Of a DNA stretch of 63,361 nucleotides, positions 47,732 through 58,304 are shown piece after piece. This DNA is from Deltaproteobacteria bacterium (GTDB lineage: Bacteria; Desulfobacterota; Dissulfuribacteria; Dissulfuribacterales; QOAL01). A model generated the notes under the pieces. That model saw only the letters and a list, made by a program, of their open reading frames with translations. It searched no databases and was not told the origin of the DNA. A program made the translations under genes and the position numbers. Numbering within the stretch: the first letter of the stretch is position 1; every line of letters begins with the position of its first letter. The stretch spans positions 1 to 63,361 of the forward strand of contig WGBG01000011.1 in the NCBI GenBank assembly GCA_015494395.1, read 5' to 3'.

Positions 47732-48857
47732 ACCCTCCGTTTGTAAATGTTGAAAGAATATCTGTTTTAAGCCCAGGAAGCGGATTGTCTCTTGAGGCGG
47801 GTGCCAGACAGATAATGCCCCAATTTTTGAAATTTTTTCTTAATGCACCGGCAAGTTCACGGTAAATATCCTGTTTACCACCCCTTTTGGCTGAAATCCT
47901 CCTTCCGTATGGTGGGTTTGTTATTATCCACCCGGGATTTGTGCATGGAGCAGCGGAGTTCGAGCTAAACCGTCCGGTTTTGAAGGTTATTGAATGGGCA
48001 ACACCTGCCCTTGCTGCATTTGTAATTGCCGCCTTAATAGCCCGGCTGTCAATATCGGCCCCGTAAATCTCTGCACCTTTGTCAGATATGCTGGATTCAG
48101 CCTCCTCCCTTATTCCATCCCAGAGTTCCTTGTTAAAGTTTTTCCAATTCGTAAAGGCAAAATCCCTCAAAATCCCTGGAGCAATGTTTCTGCTTATCAT
48201 TGCTGCCTCTATTGCAATGGTGCCTGAGCCGCAGAGGGGATCAAAAAACGGGGATTTCATGTCCCACGCCGACATCAGTACCAGGGCAGCGGCAAGGTTT
48301 TCTCTAAGTGGTGCCCTTGTACTCTTTATCCTGTAACCTCGCATGTGAAGCGGCATGCCAGAGCTGTCCACGCTTACGGTACATCGATCGCACACAATCC
48401 TTATTATTACCAGAGGAGGATTTTCTGAGCCACTATACTCGTGGTTAAACTTGCCCACCCTCTTTTCTATTCCCTGAAGCGCCCTCTCTTCAACAGCCCC
48501 GGAGTGATAAAGCCGGGATTTGTGGCATGTCACACGAAAGGCTGGTGCGGCTGCACGTTCCGGGCCTATGCCGTAAAGTTCCCAGGGGTAGGCGGAAAAG
48601 CGCTTTACCACTTCAGGAAGTCTTGTAACCTTAAACTGTCCTATGCGTACAATTATGCGGTTTGCTGTGCGAAGGTGGAGATTAGTTTTGTAAAGGTCTT
48701 TAATAGTGCCCGTGTATTCTACTCCGCCCTCAACAACCTTGCATTGCAGTCCAAGGTATTCCAGTTCCAGGCCTGTAATATTTTCCAGGCCAGGCTGTGT
48801 AACTGCAAACATCCTGAGCCTGGTTGCCAGTTCCCTGTCAGTGCCCTTACTCTGCAA
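47697..48857 (-). CDS. THUMP-domain class I SAM-dependent RNA methyltransferase (RlmL/UPF0020-like)
   Basis: THUMP-like N-terminus, DPLCGSGTIAIEAA SAM motif, and NPPYGRR catalytic motif. Confidence 0.8.
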   Translation of the reverse strand: MQSKGTDRELATRLRMFAVTQPGLENITGLELEYLGLQCKVVEGGVEYTGTIKDLYKTNLHLRTANRIIVRIGQFKVTRLPEVVKRFSAYPWELYGIGPERAAAPAFRVTCHKSRLYHSGAVEERALQGIEKRVGKFNHEYSGSENPPLVIIRIVCDRCTVSVDSSGMPLHMRGYRIKSTRAPLRENLAAALVLMSAWDMKSPFFDPLCGSGTIAIEAAMISRNIAPGILRDFAFTNWKNFNKELWDGIREEAESSISDKGAEIYGADIDSRAIKAAITNAARAGVAHSITFKTGRFSSNSAAPCTNPGWIITNPPYGRRISAKRGGKQDIYRELAGALRKNFKNWGIICLAPASRDNPLPGLKTDILSTFTNGGFRVRVAEHCPS

Positions 48858-49767
48858 ATGCCACTACCTCTGTTATATCCCGTGTGCCAAAAAGAAACAT
48901 CAGGAGCCTGTCGATACCAAGTGCCATCCCTGCTGCAGGACGCATGTTTTCAAGGGTTTTTAAAAAATCTTCAGGTAAGGGATAGGATTTAAGCCCTGAC
49001 TCTCTGCGCTTTTCCATATCCTTGATAAAACGCCTTCGCTGTTCGTCCGGATTGTTCAGTTCGGAAAAGCCGTTTGCAAGCTCCATCCCCCCGGCATAAA
49101 GCTCAACACGTTCGGCAACTTCAGGGTCTGAGGGTTTAAGCCGGGCAAGGGAGGCCATTGATGCAGGATAATCCATAAGAAATACAGGCCTGTCCATTGG
49201 AAGGCATGGTTCAACCTTTTCCACCATGTCCATGTCAAACCTGTCAGGGTCTGGTTCTGGCCCTGGTATCCAGCCCGCATAGGTTTCAAAGGCCTGATTT
49301 ACTGTCATCTTTATGAATGGCCCTGAAATGGAGCATACTCCACCTCCTTCAAGGGGGATTTCATCTTCCAGCCCTGCTCCCCTGGCCGCGGCAGATATCA
49401 GGGACTCACAGTCTTCCATGAGAGTCCTGTAGTCATGGCCTGCACGATACCATTCAAGCATGGTGAACTGCGGAAGGTGCATTTTTCCATACTCCTCCCT
49501 GCGGAAAACCGGGGTAATCTGGAAAATTTTTTCCATGCCCTGGGCAAGGAGGCGCTTCATGTGTAGTTCCGGTGATGGAATTAGATAGAGGTCGTGACGC
49601 TTTCCCGGATGGGTACGTGAAATGCCGGCCCCAGGAACACAGAAGGTCTCGATTGAAGGCTCCGGAGCCGGGGCATTGATGAGGATTGGGGTCTGCACCT
49701 CCACAAACCCCTGCTGATGAAACCAGCGCCGCAACGCTCTGATAACACGGTCACGGCGCTTGAGCAT
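48847..49767 (-). CDS. epmA: EF-P lysine-34 beta-lysyl ligase (truncated class II LysRS paralog, PoxA/GenX)
   Basis: FVEVQTPIL, FRREE, MLEWY, and GMALGIDRLLM class II aaRS motifs with no anticodon-binding domain. It lies directly downstream of efp. Confidence 0.85.
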   Translation of the reverse strand: MLKRRDRVIRALRRWFHQQGFVEVQTPILINAPAPEPSIETFCVPGAGISRTHPGKRHDLYLIPSPELHMKRLLAQGMEKIFQITPVFRREEYGKMHLPQFTMLEWYRAGHDYRTLMEDCESLISAAARGAGLEDEIPLEGGGVCSISGPFIKMTVNQAFETYAGWIPGPEPDPDRFDMDMVEKVEPCLPMDRPVFLMDYPASMASLARLKPSDPEVAERVELYAGGMELANGFSELNNPDEQRRRFIKDMEKRRESGLKSYPLPEDFLKTLENMRPAAGMALGIDRLLMFLFGTRDITEVVAFAE

Positions 49768-49781
49768 ATCTATTAGAGATT

Positions 49782-50345
49782 CTACTTTTTTACCCTCTCA
49801 ACATACTCACCGGTTCTGGTATCAATTTTAAGCAGCTCGCCCTCCTCAATAAAGAGCGGTACATTTATCTTGTGACCGGTCTCAAGGGTAACCGGCTTGG
49901 TGGCGCCGGTAGCAGTATCTCCCTTTACACCAGGATCTGCCTTTGTAACCTCAAGTTCTACAAATATGGGCAGGGTTATATCAATGGGTGTATTTTCAAA
50001 GAACAGGATGTCAACTTCCATGTTATCTTTAAGGAAGTTCTTGGCATCCCCCACCTGGTCTGCTGTCAGCATCACCTGGTCATAGGTCTTGGTGTCCATG
50101 AAGTGGTAACCCTCAGCATCATTGTAGAGATACTGCATGTGGGATTCTTCAAGGGGGGCAGGCTCAAACTTGTCACCTGAACGGTACGTACGGTCCATGG
50201 TGTAGCCTGAAATCATGTTCTTGAGCTTGCACCTGTAAAGGGCCTGACCTTTACCGGGTTTTGAAAACTGGAAATCCGTGATGATATATGGTTCTCCGTC
50301 TATGAGGATTTTTAATCCCTTCCTGAGGTCTGATGATTCGTACAA
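49782..50345 (-). CDS. efp: Elongation factor P
   Basis: LRKGLKILIDGEPYIITDFQFSKPGKGQALYRCKLKN. The PGKGQA loop carries the modifiable Lys. Confidence 0.95.
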   Translation of the reverse strand: MYESSDLRKGLKILIDGEPYIITDFQFSKPGKGQALYRCKLKNMISGYTMDRTYRSGDKFEPAPLEESHMQYLYNDAEGYHFMDTKTYDQVMLTADQVGDAKNFLKDNMEVDILFFENTPIDITLPIFVELEVTKADPGVKGDTATGATKPVTLETGHKINVPLFIEEGELLKIDTRTGEYVERVKK

Positions 50346-50503
50346 CTTTATTCTCCTTGGATGTTTATGATAGTTTTATGTCTTCTATTTACTTCCTTAA
50401 TATCCCATACCCAGGTGGTAAACGCCGGGAATATGGTCTGACCCCGGTAAAATATACTGTTTCTTGCCTGGTAACAAGAATAAATCCTGCATGAACAGCC
50501 TGT

Positions 50504-50788
50504 TCAGTACCTGATTACAAAATCTCCATCAACTCCCACAGGTGTCTGTTCCTCAACGGAAACATCCCGAACCCGGCTCCAGGGGGAGCCTTCATGACAC
50601 CACTTGATAAGTGCATCAACCTTTTCCGGTGGCCCTTCTGCCTCAAGCTCTACTGTTCCGTTAGGCAGGTTGCGGACCCAGCCGGTAAGCCCGCCAATCT
50701 GTTTAGCTGCATCACGGGTGGACGCCCTGTAACACACACCCTGAACCAGGCCTGATACTATGGCATGAACCCTTTTTCTATCCTTCAT
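50504..50788 (-). CDS. acyP: Acylphosphatase
   Basis: VSGLVQGVCYRASTRDAAKQIGGLTGWVRNLPNGTVE in a 94-aa protein. Confidence 0.85.
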   Translation of the reverse strand: MKDRKRVHAIVSGLVQGVCYRASTRDAAKQIGGLTGWVRNLPNGTVELEAEGPPEKVDALIKWCHEGSPWSRVRDVSVEEQTPVGVDGDFVIRY

Positions 50789-50806
50789 GGCTTGCCTCCA
50801 TGTGTT

Positions 50807-52855
<2,049 letters not shown>

Positions 52856-52864
52856 TTAAACGTC

Positions 52865-52881
52865 AAGGCATTAATGTTGCA
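52865..52881 (+). promoter_or_regulatory. Candidate sigma-54 promoter (-24 GGCAT / -12 TTGCA) facing the radical SAM gene
   Basis: aAGGCATTAATGTTGCA has GG-N10-GC spacing that matches TGGCAC-N5-TTGCA exactly. It lies 218 nt upstream of the ATG at 53099, and a sigma-54 activator gene is adjacent. Confidence 0.35.
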
Positions 52882-53098
52882 TGACTGCACGGACGGAATG
52901 ATGCTTTAGTATGACCTGCATAGGTAATTTAACTTTTTTTCAGCAAAAATAAAGGATAGAAGATCGGGATTGACAACATCCGGCCATTTGTTTACTTTCC
53001 GACTTGTTTAATGCTATGAAACGAAATTTATTCAACTTTTACCACCCCTGTACCTTCACTACACCTCTTGATTCTCCCAATCCTGAAGGAAATTAAAT

Positions 53099-54508
53099 AT
53101 GGCACGGCTTCTTCTGGTACAATCTCTCTTTGTAGAGCAGTTTGGCATTATGACTCTTTCTGCAGTGGCAAAAGCCGCAGGGCACCAGGTGGCATTTGCC
53201 ATAGGTTCAGACAGGCATATCCTTGAAAAGGCTCAGAAATTCAAGCCCGATGTGGTGGGTTTCAGCGTTCTTACAGGATATCAGGACAAGTATCTTAACC
53301 TGGGCAAGCAGATGAAGCGCATCATAGATCCCTCTCCTCTTATCCTTTTTGGCGGGCCCCACCCTACTTTTTTCCCAAAGGTAGTACTGGAAGATGGCGT
53401 GGATGCAATATGTGTAGGAGAGGGTGAGGGGGCAATTACCGAGCTGCTGGAGGCTGTTGACAGGGGCGATGACATAAGCGGGATCAGGAACTTAGGTTTT
53501 GAGAAAGATGGTGAGCTTGTCTGCAATCCAATGAGGCCCCTTGTGGACCTGGACACCGTACCGTTTCCTGACCGCGAAATTTACGCCGAATACCCGGTTA
53601 TTCATGAGTCAAACATGGTTACATTTATGGCAAGCCGTGGTTGTCCGTATCACTGTTCATTCTGTTTTAACAGAAAGATGGTGGGGATGGTACGTGGCCT
53701 TGGGCAGTGGGTCCGGTTCAGAAGTGTGGATAATTTTATGCAGGAGATTGCCCAGGTCCACGCAAGGCACAAGATAAACTTCATTGACTTCCACGATGAT
53801 ACATTCATCCTGAAAAAGGACTGGCTCTTTCCGTTTCTTGAGGCTTACCGCAGGGAGTTTGCCATTCCGTTCTCGTGCCAGATACGGGCTGACCTCCTGA
53901 CCCCTGAGATTGCAAAGGCATTGAAGGATGCAGGGTGTCAGCGCGTCAGTTTCGGCCTTGAATCTGGTAATGAGGAGCTTCGGAATCTGGTGTTAAAGAA
54001 GAACCTCTCAAACAAGAGTATAAAAAAGGCTGCTGAGATACTTAGAGAGACAGGGATAGAGTTTTTTACCACCAACATGATGGGTCTTCCCGGGGAGACA
54101 CTTGAAGATGCATTCAAGACCTTGGAGCTTAATATTGAAATCGGTACGAGATGCGCATGGACCAGCCTGTTTCAGCCCTTTCCTGGAACAGACCTGGCAA
54201 AATACTGCTTGGATAACGGCTATCTTGAAAAGCCCATCAGCACCGGAAAACCGGTAGATACTCACACCACCAGCCAGTTATCCCAGCCCGACATTGACAA
54301 GGTGGTAAGGCTTCAGAAATTTGCCTACGTGGTGTTGCGGTTTCCCTCACTGTTGCCATTGGTCAAAAAACTTATCAATTATGATTTCCCAACTCTCTAT
54401 TTCTATATTCACAGGATAAGCTATTTGCTGCTCTACTTCAGGGCTGCATATCAGACCACCTGGAAAGAGACCATCAAGCATGCGTGGATAGCTCTGAGGC
54501 ATTATTAG
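53099..54508 (+). CDS. B12-binding-domain radical SAM protein
   Basis: N-terminal cobalamin-binding-like domain (PDVVGFSVLTG). Radical SAM motif SRGCPYHCSFCFN (CxxxCxxC). Confidence 0.8.
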   Translation: MARLLLVQSLFVEQFGIMTLSAVAKAAGHQVAFAIGSDRHILEKAQKFKPDVVGFSVLTGYQDKYLNLGKQMKRIIDPSPLILFGGPHPTFFPKVVLEDGVDAICVGEGEGAITELLEAVDRGDDISGIRNLGFEKDGELVCNPMRPLVDLDTVPFPDREIYAEYPVIHESNMVTFMASRGCPYHCSFCFNRKMVGMVRGLGQWVRFRSVDNFMQEIAQVHARHKINFIDFHDDTFILKKDWLFPFLEAYRREFAIPFSCQIRADLLTPEIAKALKDAGCQRVSFGLESGNEELRNLVLKKNLSNKSIKKAAEILRETGIEFFTTNMMGLPGETLEDAFKTLELNIEIGTRCAWTSLFQPFPGTDLAKYCLDNGYLEKPISTGKPVDTHTTSQLSQPDIDKVVRLQKFAYVVLRFPSLLPLVKKLINYDFPTLYFYIHRISYLLLYFRAAYQTTWKETIKHAWIALRHY

Positions 54509-55964
54509 ATAGTGATATTTTATGTTTTTTAATCCTGTAACGAAGCGTGTCCCTGCTGATGCCAAGACATTTTGCGGCCCGTGTCTGGTTTCCGTCATAC
54601 CTGATTAACGCCTGGCGTATCAGTTCTTTTTCTACATAATCCAGCGATATGCCATCAGGCGGTAAGGAGATAATCCCCTGCTTGTTGACGGTCTCTTTCG
54701 TGGCGGCAGGGATAGTGCCTGATGCAGGCCCTGTATTTACTGTATCCGGGGCTGAAGGATCAGCATATTCAATAATTTCCTTACTAAAATATCTTGCAGT
54801 AAGGACATTGCCGTCTTCAAGCATCATTGCCCGTTCCACAGCATTACGTAATTCCCTGACATTTCCAGGCCAGTCATATCTTTTCAGGCATTTCAGGGCC
54901 AGCGGGTCAATGCCGTTTATCTGTTTCCCATATTCCTCGTTTAGCCGTTTGATAAAGTAGTTGACCAATGGATCTATGTCTTCCTTGCGTTCGCGCAGGG
55001 GCGGGATGAAGATTGTCATTACATTCAGGCGATAAAAGAGGTCCTTACGAAATTCATTACGCATCGCCATGCCCTGAAGGTCCTGGTTTGTAGCAGCAAT
55101 AATCCTGATGTCAACTGCAATGTCCTGTCTGCCGCCAAGACGTCTGAAGGTATTGGTTTCTATAACTTTGAGAATCTTGGACTGCATGGAAAGAGGCATG
55201 TCTCCAATTTCGTCCAGAAAAACGGTTCCTCCATCTGCGGCTTCAAATATGCCCTTTTCTCTCTGGATGGCATCTGTAAATGCCCCCTTTTCATGGCCGA
55301 AAAGTTCATTTTCAAGCAGGTGCTCCGGTATGGCCGCACAGTTTGTCTCGATAAAGGGTTCATCGGCCCTTGCTGAATGAAAGTGTATTGCCCTGGCGAC
55401 AAGCTGCTTACCAGTTCCTGATTCACCAAGGACAAGAACAATCTTTGCATCGGTTTCAGCACAGATCTTGATGAGTTTGAAAACTTCAATAATCTGAAGA
55501 GAGTTTCCTACCAGGTTGTCATAGTTGTAGCGTTTGCGCTGTTCCCTCCTGAAAAAATCAACATCCCTGTGGAGTTTCTGCTTCAGAAAGCACTGTTCAA
55601 GAATGTGCTGGATTTCATCAAGGTCAAAGGGTTTTCCAACGTAATCCTCTGCCCCTGCCTTCAATGCCTTAACCGCAGAGTCTGCATCGGCATAGGCTGT
55701 TATCATTACGATGATTACGTCCTTGTTCTGTTCTTTGAACTCTGTGAGCAGATCCAGGCCATTGGCATCCGGAAGGCGTATATCCAATAGGATTACCTCT
55801 GGCTCAAACTCCTGAAATATCTGTCGGGCTTCATTGCCTGAGGCAGCCGTTTCAACCACGAAACCCTCTTCACTAAGGGCCTCCCTCAATGACCACCTGA
55901 CCAGTTTTTCATCATCAACCACCAGAAGGCGCCGTTTTTTCACTCTTTTGTTATCTGTTCTCAT
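54474..55964 (-). CDS. Sigma-54-dependent response regulator (NtrC family: REC, AAA+, Fis-type HTH)
   Basis: REC domain (LLVVDDE..LLDIRLPD), GESGTGKQLVARAIH Walker A, the GAFTDA sigma-54 contact loop, and the C-terminal HTH RAAKCLGISRDTLRYRIKK. Confidence 0.9.
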   Translation of the reverse strand: MRTDNKRVKKRRLLVVDDEKLVRWSLREALSEEGFVVETAASGNEARQIFQEFEPEVILLDIRLPDANGLDLLTEFKEQNKDVIIVMITAYADADSAVKALKAGAEDYVGKPFDLDEIQHILEQCFLKQKLHRDVDFFRREQRKRYNYDNLVGNSLQIIEVFKLIKICAETDAKIVLVLGESGTGKQLVARAIHFHSARADEPFIETNCAAIPEHLLENELFGHEKGAFTDAIQREKGIFEAADGGTVFLDEIGDMPLSMQSKILKVIETNTFRRLGGRQDIAVDIRIIAATNQDLQGMAMRNEFRKDLFYRLNVMTIFIPPLRERKEDIDPLVNYFIKRLNEEYGKQINGIDPLALKCLKRYDWPGNVRELRNAVERAMMLEDGNVLTARYFSKEIIEYADPSAPDTVNTGPASGTIPAATKETVNKQGIISLPPDGISLDYVEKELIRQALIRYDGNQTRAAKCLGISRDTLRYRIKKHKISLSNNASELSTHA

Positions 55965-58080
55965 TTCTAAGTGCTATGGTCTCAGTTTCAATGGCCTGCC
56001 TGTCACTTTGTACAGGCAAGAGAACTGTAAAGGTGGAGCCCTTTCCGGGGGTACTTTCAACAGTTATGGAGCCACCATGTTGTTCAATAATCCTATGGGA
56101 GATTGAGAGCCCAAGGCCTGTACCATCGGATTTGGTGGTGTAAAATGGGTTAAAAATCATCTCATGAGAACTGCTATCAATTCCCTTCCCTGTATCTGTG
56201 ACTTCCACAGCCAGGAAATTGAGCAGCTTTATTTTTGGTACCTCACTGCAGTTTCCGGGTTTATGATCCGGTTTCAGCTCAAGTCTAATTTTGATGGTAA
56301 GGGTCCCGCCAGGATCCATGGCGTCTATGGCATTAATGAACAGGTTTATAAACACCTGCTGAAGCTGACCAGCATCCCCTGGTATCTTTGGCAGGTTCTC
56401 TTCATAGTTTTCAACCACCTTGATCTGTTTATTTTCAATCTGGGTATGTACCATGAAAAGAGACTTTTGAATAATTTCTTCCAGATATATGTTGGTAAAT
56501 TTGGATTCTCGGGGCCTGGCAAATTTAAGGAGGTTGGTTACAAATCCATCAAGCCGTTTTACCTGGTCAAATACCTCCTTGAATATCGTGTAGTGCTTGC
56601 TATCCTTGTCCTGGCTTCGGCTCATGACCTGGAGTGCCCCTGCGATGCCTGCAAGGGGATTTCTTATCTCATGGGCAACACCTGCTGCAAGTTCTCCCAG
56701 AGATGCCAGCCTCTCAACCCTTGCAAGATGGGCTTCCATGTTTTTGCGCTTTGTTATGTCCTGAAATATACAACTTAATCCGCTTATTTCATTATTACTG
56801 TCTGTAATGACTGAATAACATATTTCAGACGGGAATATCTCTCCATTTTTACGGCGCATGGGAACTTCAATGACCATGCCCATTGCCGCATCAACCTCAT
56901 CAACTGTATCAAGGAAGAAACACTTGTGTCTGCTGTCACTGTAAGAAAGGAAGAAATCCAGAGATTTTCCCAGGAGTTCCCGGCTGTCATACCCAAGTAT
57001 CATTTCCGCTGCCCTGTTTACGCTGTTGATCTTGAGATACTGATCCAGGGTCACCAGGCCGCTTCGCAGGTTTTGGATAATGCTCTGGTAAAAACTCTTG
57101 ATCTGCTGAATCTCTTCAAGCTGATCTGCTATCTTTATGAGCATCTCCTGGTGTTTTCTTGCACGTCCAATTGCAAATGCGGCATGCTTTACCACAGCCG
57201 AGGAGAGACGAATTTCGTCGTAGGTAATTTCCTGTCCTGATTCAACCTTATCAGCAAGAACAAATCCGTAAAAACTTTTATCGTCGCATATGGGAATTAT
57301 CATGAAGGCATCTACATCACCCAGCAGGTATCCAATTATCTCATCGTATTTATTGAGATACATGATGGAGTAATGTTGTATACTACTGTACCTGTCCATC
57401 TCCTCCTCGGGCAGACCACTGCCTGGAACACAGAGGGTTATCTTCTGCCTGCGTTCACTGTCTCTTTCTGTATCCAGGTCTTCCCTGTACACCTTGAAGA
57501 ATTTTGATGAGCAGGGTGATTCCTTTAGCTTGGAATAGTGCATGACATTGACCGGTTCCTTGTCATAGTAAACCCGCTTCAGAAGTCCTCCAAGCTTGTT
57601 GAACGGAACCCGATATCCCTCTATGCCAGTGTCATTAAAGCCGTATCCCAGGTATGTTTCAAGGTACTCAACAGAAGGATCAAGGATAAGGAGAAGGATG
57701 CGTTCAAAATTGGTGGTATTTATAAGGTCTTCCACTAGGAAGTTCAGGAGGACAGCGTCTTCGTCAGAACATGCCATGCGTCTGGCACTTCTGTAGAGGG
57801 ATCGGAGCGCCTTTATGCTGGTTTTAATTTCTGAACTGTCTTTTTGTTTCACCTTATAATCCATCCATTTCGGTTTACGCATTATCCTCTGCATCAGTCC
57901 ACCTCCCCCTTTGGTGCTAAAGCCCTGAGCGGTTCCCCTGTCCATCCTGTTTTTCAGATATCCGTTTTCAGGTATGTTGACCCGCTGTAACGGCCTATGC
58001 CGGACATCACATATCCACCCACCTGGAATATGAAAGAACTTAATGTACGTGTCAAGGCAGTCAAATTGTTGGTCAACCAA
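55951..58080 (-). CDS. Sensor histidine kinase (GAF-like and PAS sensory regions, HisKA, HATPase_c)
   Basis: H-box AHEIRNPLAGI, N-box NLFINAIDA, DTGKGI, and GTGLGLSI. It overlaps the response-regulator start by 14 nt. Confidence 0.85.
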   Translation of the reverse strand: MVDQQFDCLDTYIKFFHIPGGWICDVRHRPLQRVNIPENGYLKNRMDRGTAQGFSTKGGGGLMQRIMRKPKWMDYKVKQKDSSEIKTSIKALRSLYRSARRMACSDEDAVLLNFLVEDLINTTNFERILLLILDPSVEYLETYLGYGFNDTGIEGYRVPFNKLGGLLKRVYYDKEPVNVMHYSKLKESPCSSKFFKVYREDLDTERDSERRQKITLCVPGSGLPEEEMDRYSSIQHYSIMYLNKYDEIIGYLLGDVDAFMIIPICDDKSFYGFVLADKVESGQEITYDEIRLSSAVVKHAAFAIGRARKHQEMLIKIADQLEEIQQIKSFYQSIIQNLRSGLVTLDQYLKINSVNRAAEMILGYDSRELLGKSLDFFLSYSDSRHKCFFLDTVDEVDAAMGMVIEVPMRRKNGEIFPSEICYSVITDSNNEISGLSCIFQDITKRKNMEAHLARVERLASLGELAAGVAHEIRNPLAGIAGALQVMSRSQDKDSKHYTIFKEVFDQVKRLDGFVTNLLKFARPRESKFTNIYLEEIIQKSLFMVHTQIENKQIKVVENYEENLPKIPGDAGQLQQVFINLFINAIDAMDPGGTLTIKIRLELKPDHKPGNCSEVPKIKLLNFLAVEVTDTGKGIDSSSHEMIFNPFYTTKSDGTGLGLSISHRIIEQHGGSITVESTPGKGSTFTVLLPVQSDRQAIETETIALRNENR

Positions 58081-58304
58081 ACTAACCTTGCAGAAACAGC
58101 TCCTTTAGGATGATGATATAATTTACGTGAAAACTGTTTAAAATTACATTCGGCATTAATTTGATATTACATGAAATATTTTTGCACAATAATTTATTTG
58201 TCTGATCCACGGGATAAATAGATAAAATAATGAGGGGAGTGGTGATGCAGTTTAAGGCAGGGACACCTAGAAAAGACGCCCCTGCTTTTGCGTTTGGAAA
58301 CTGT

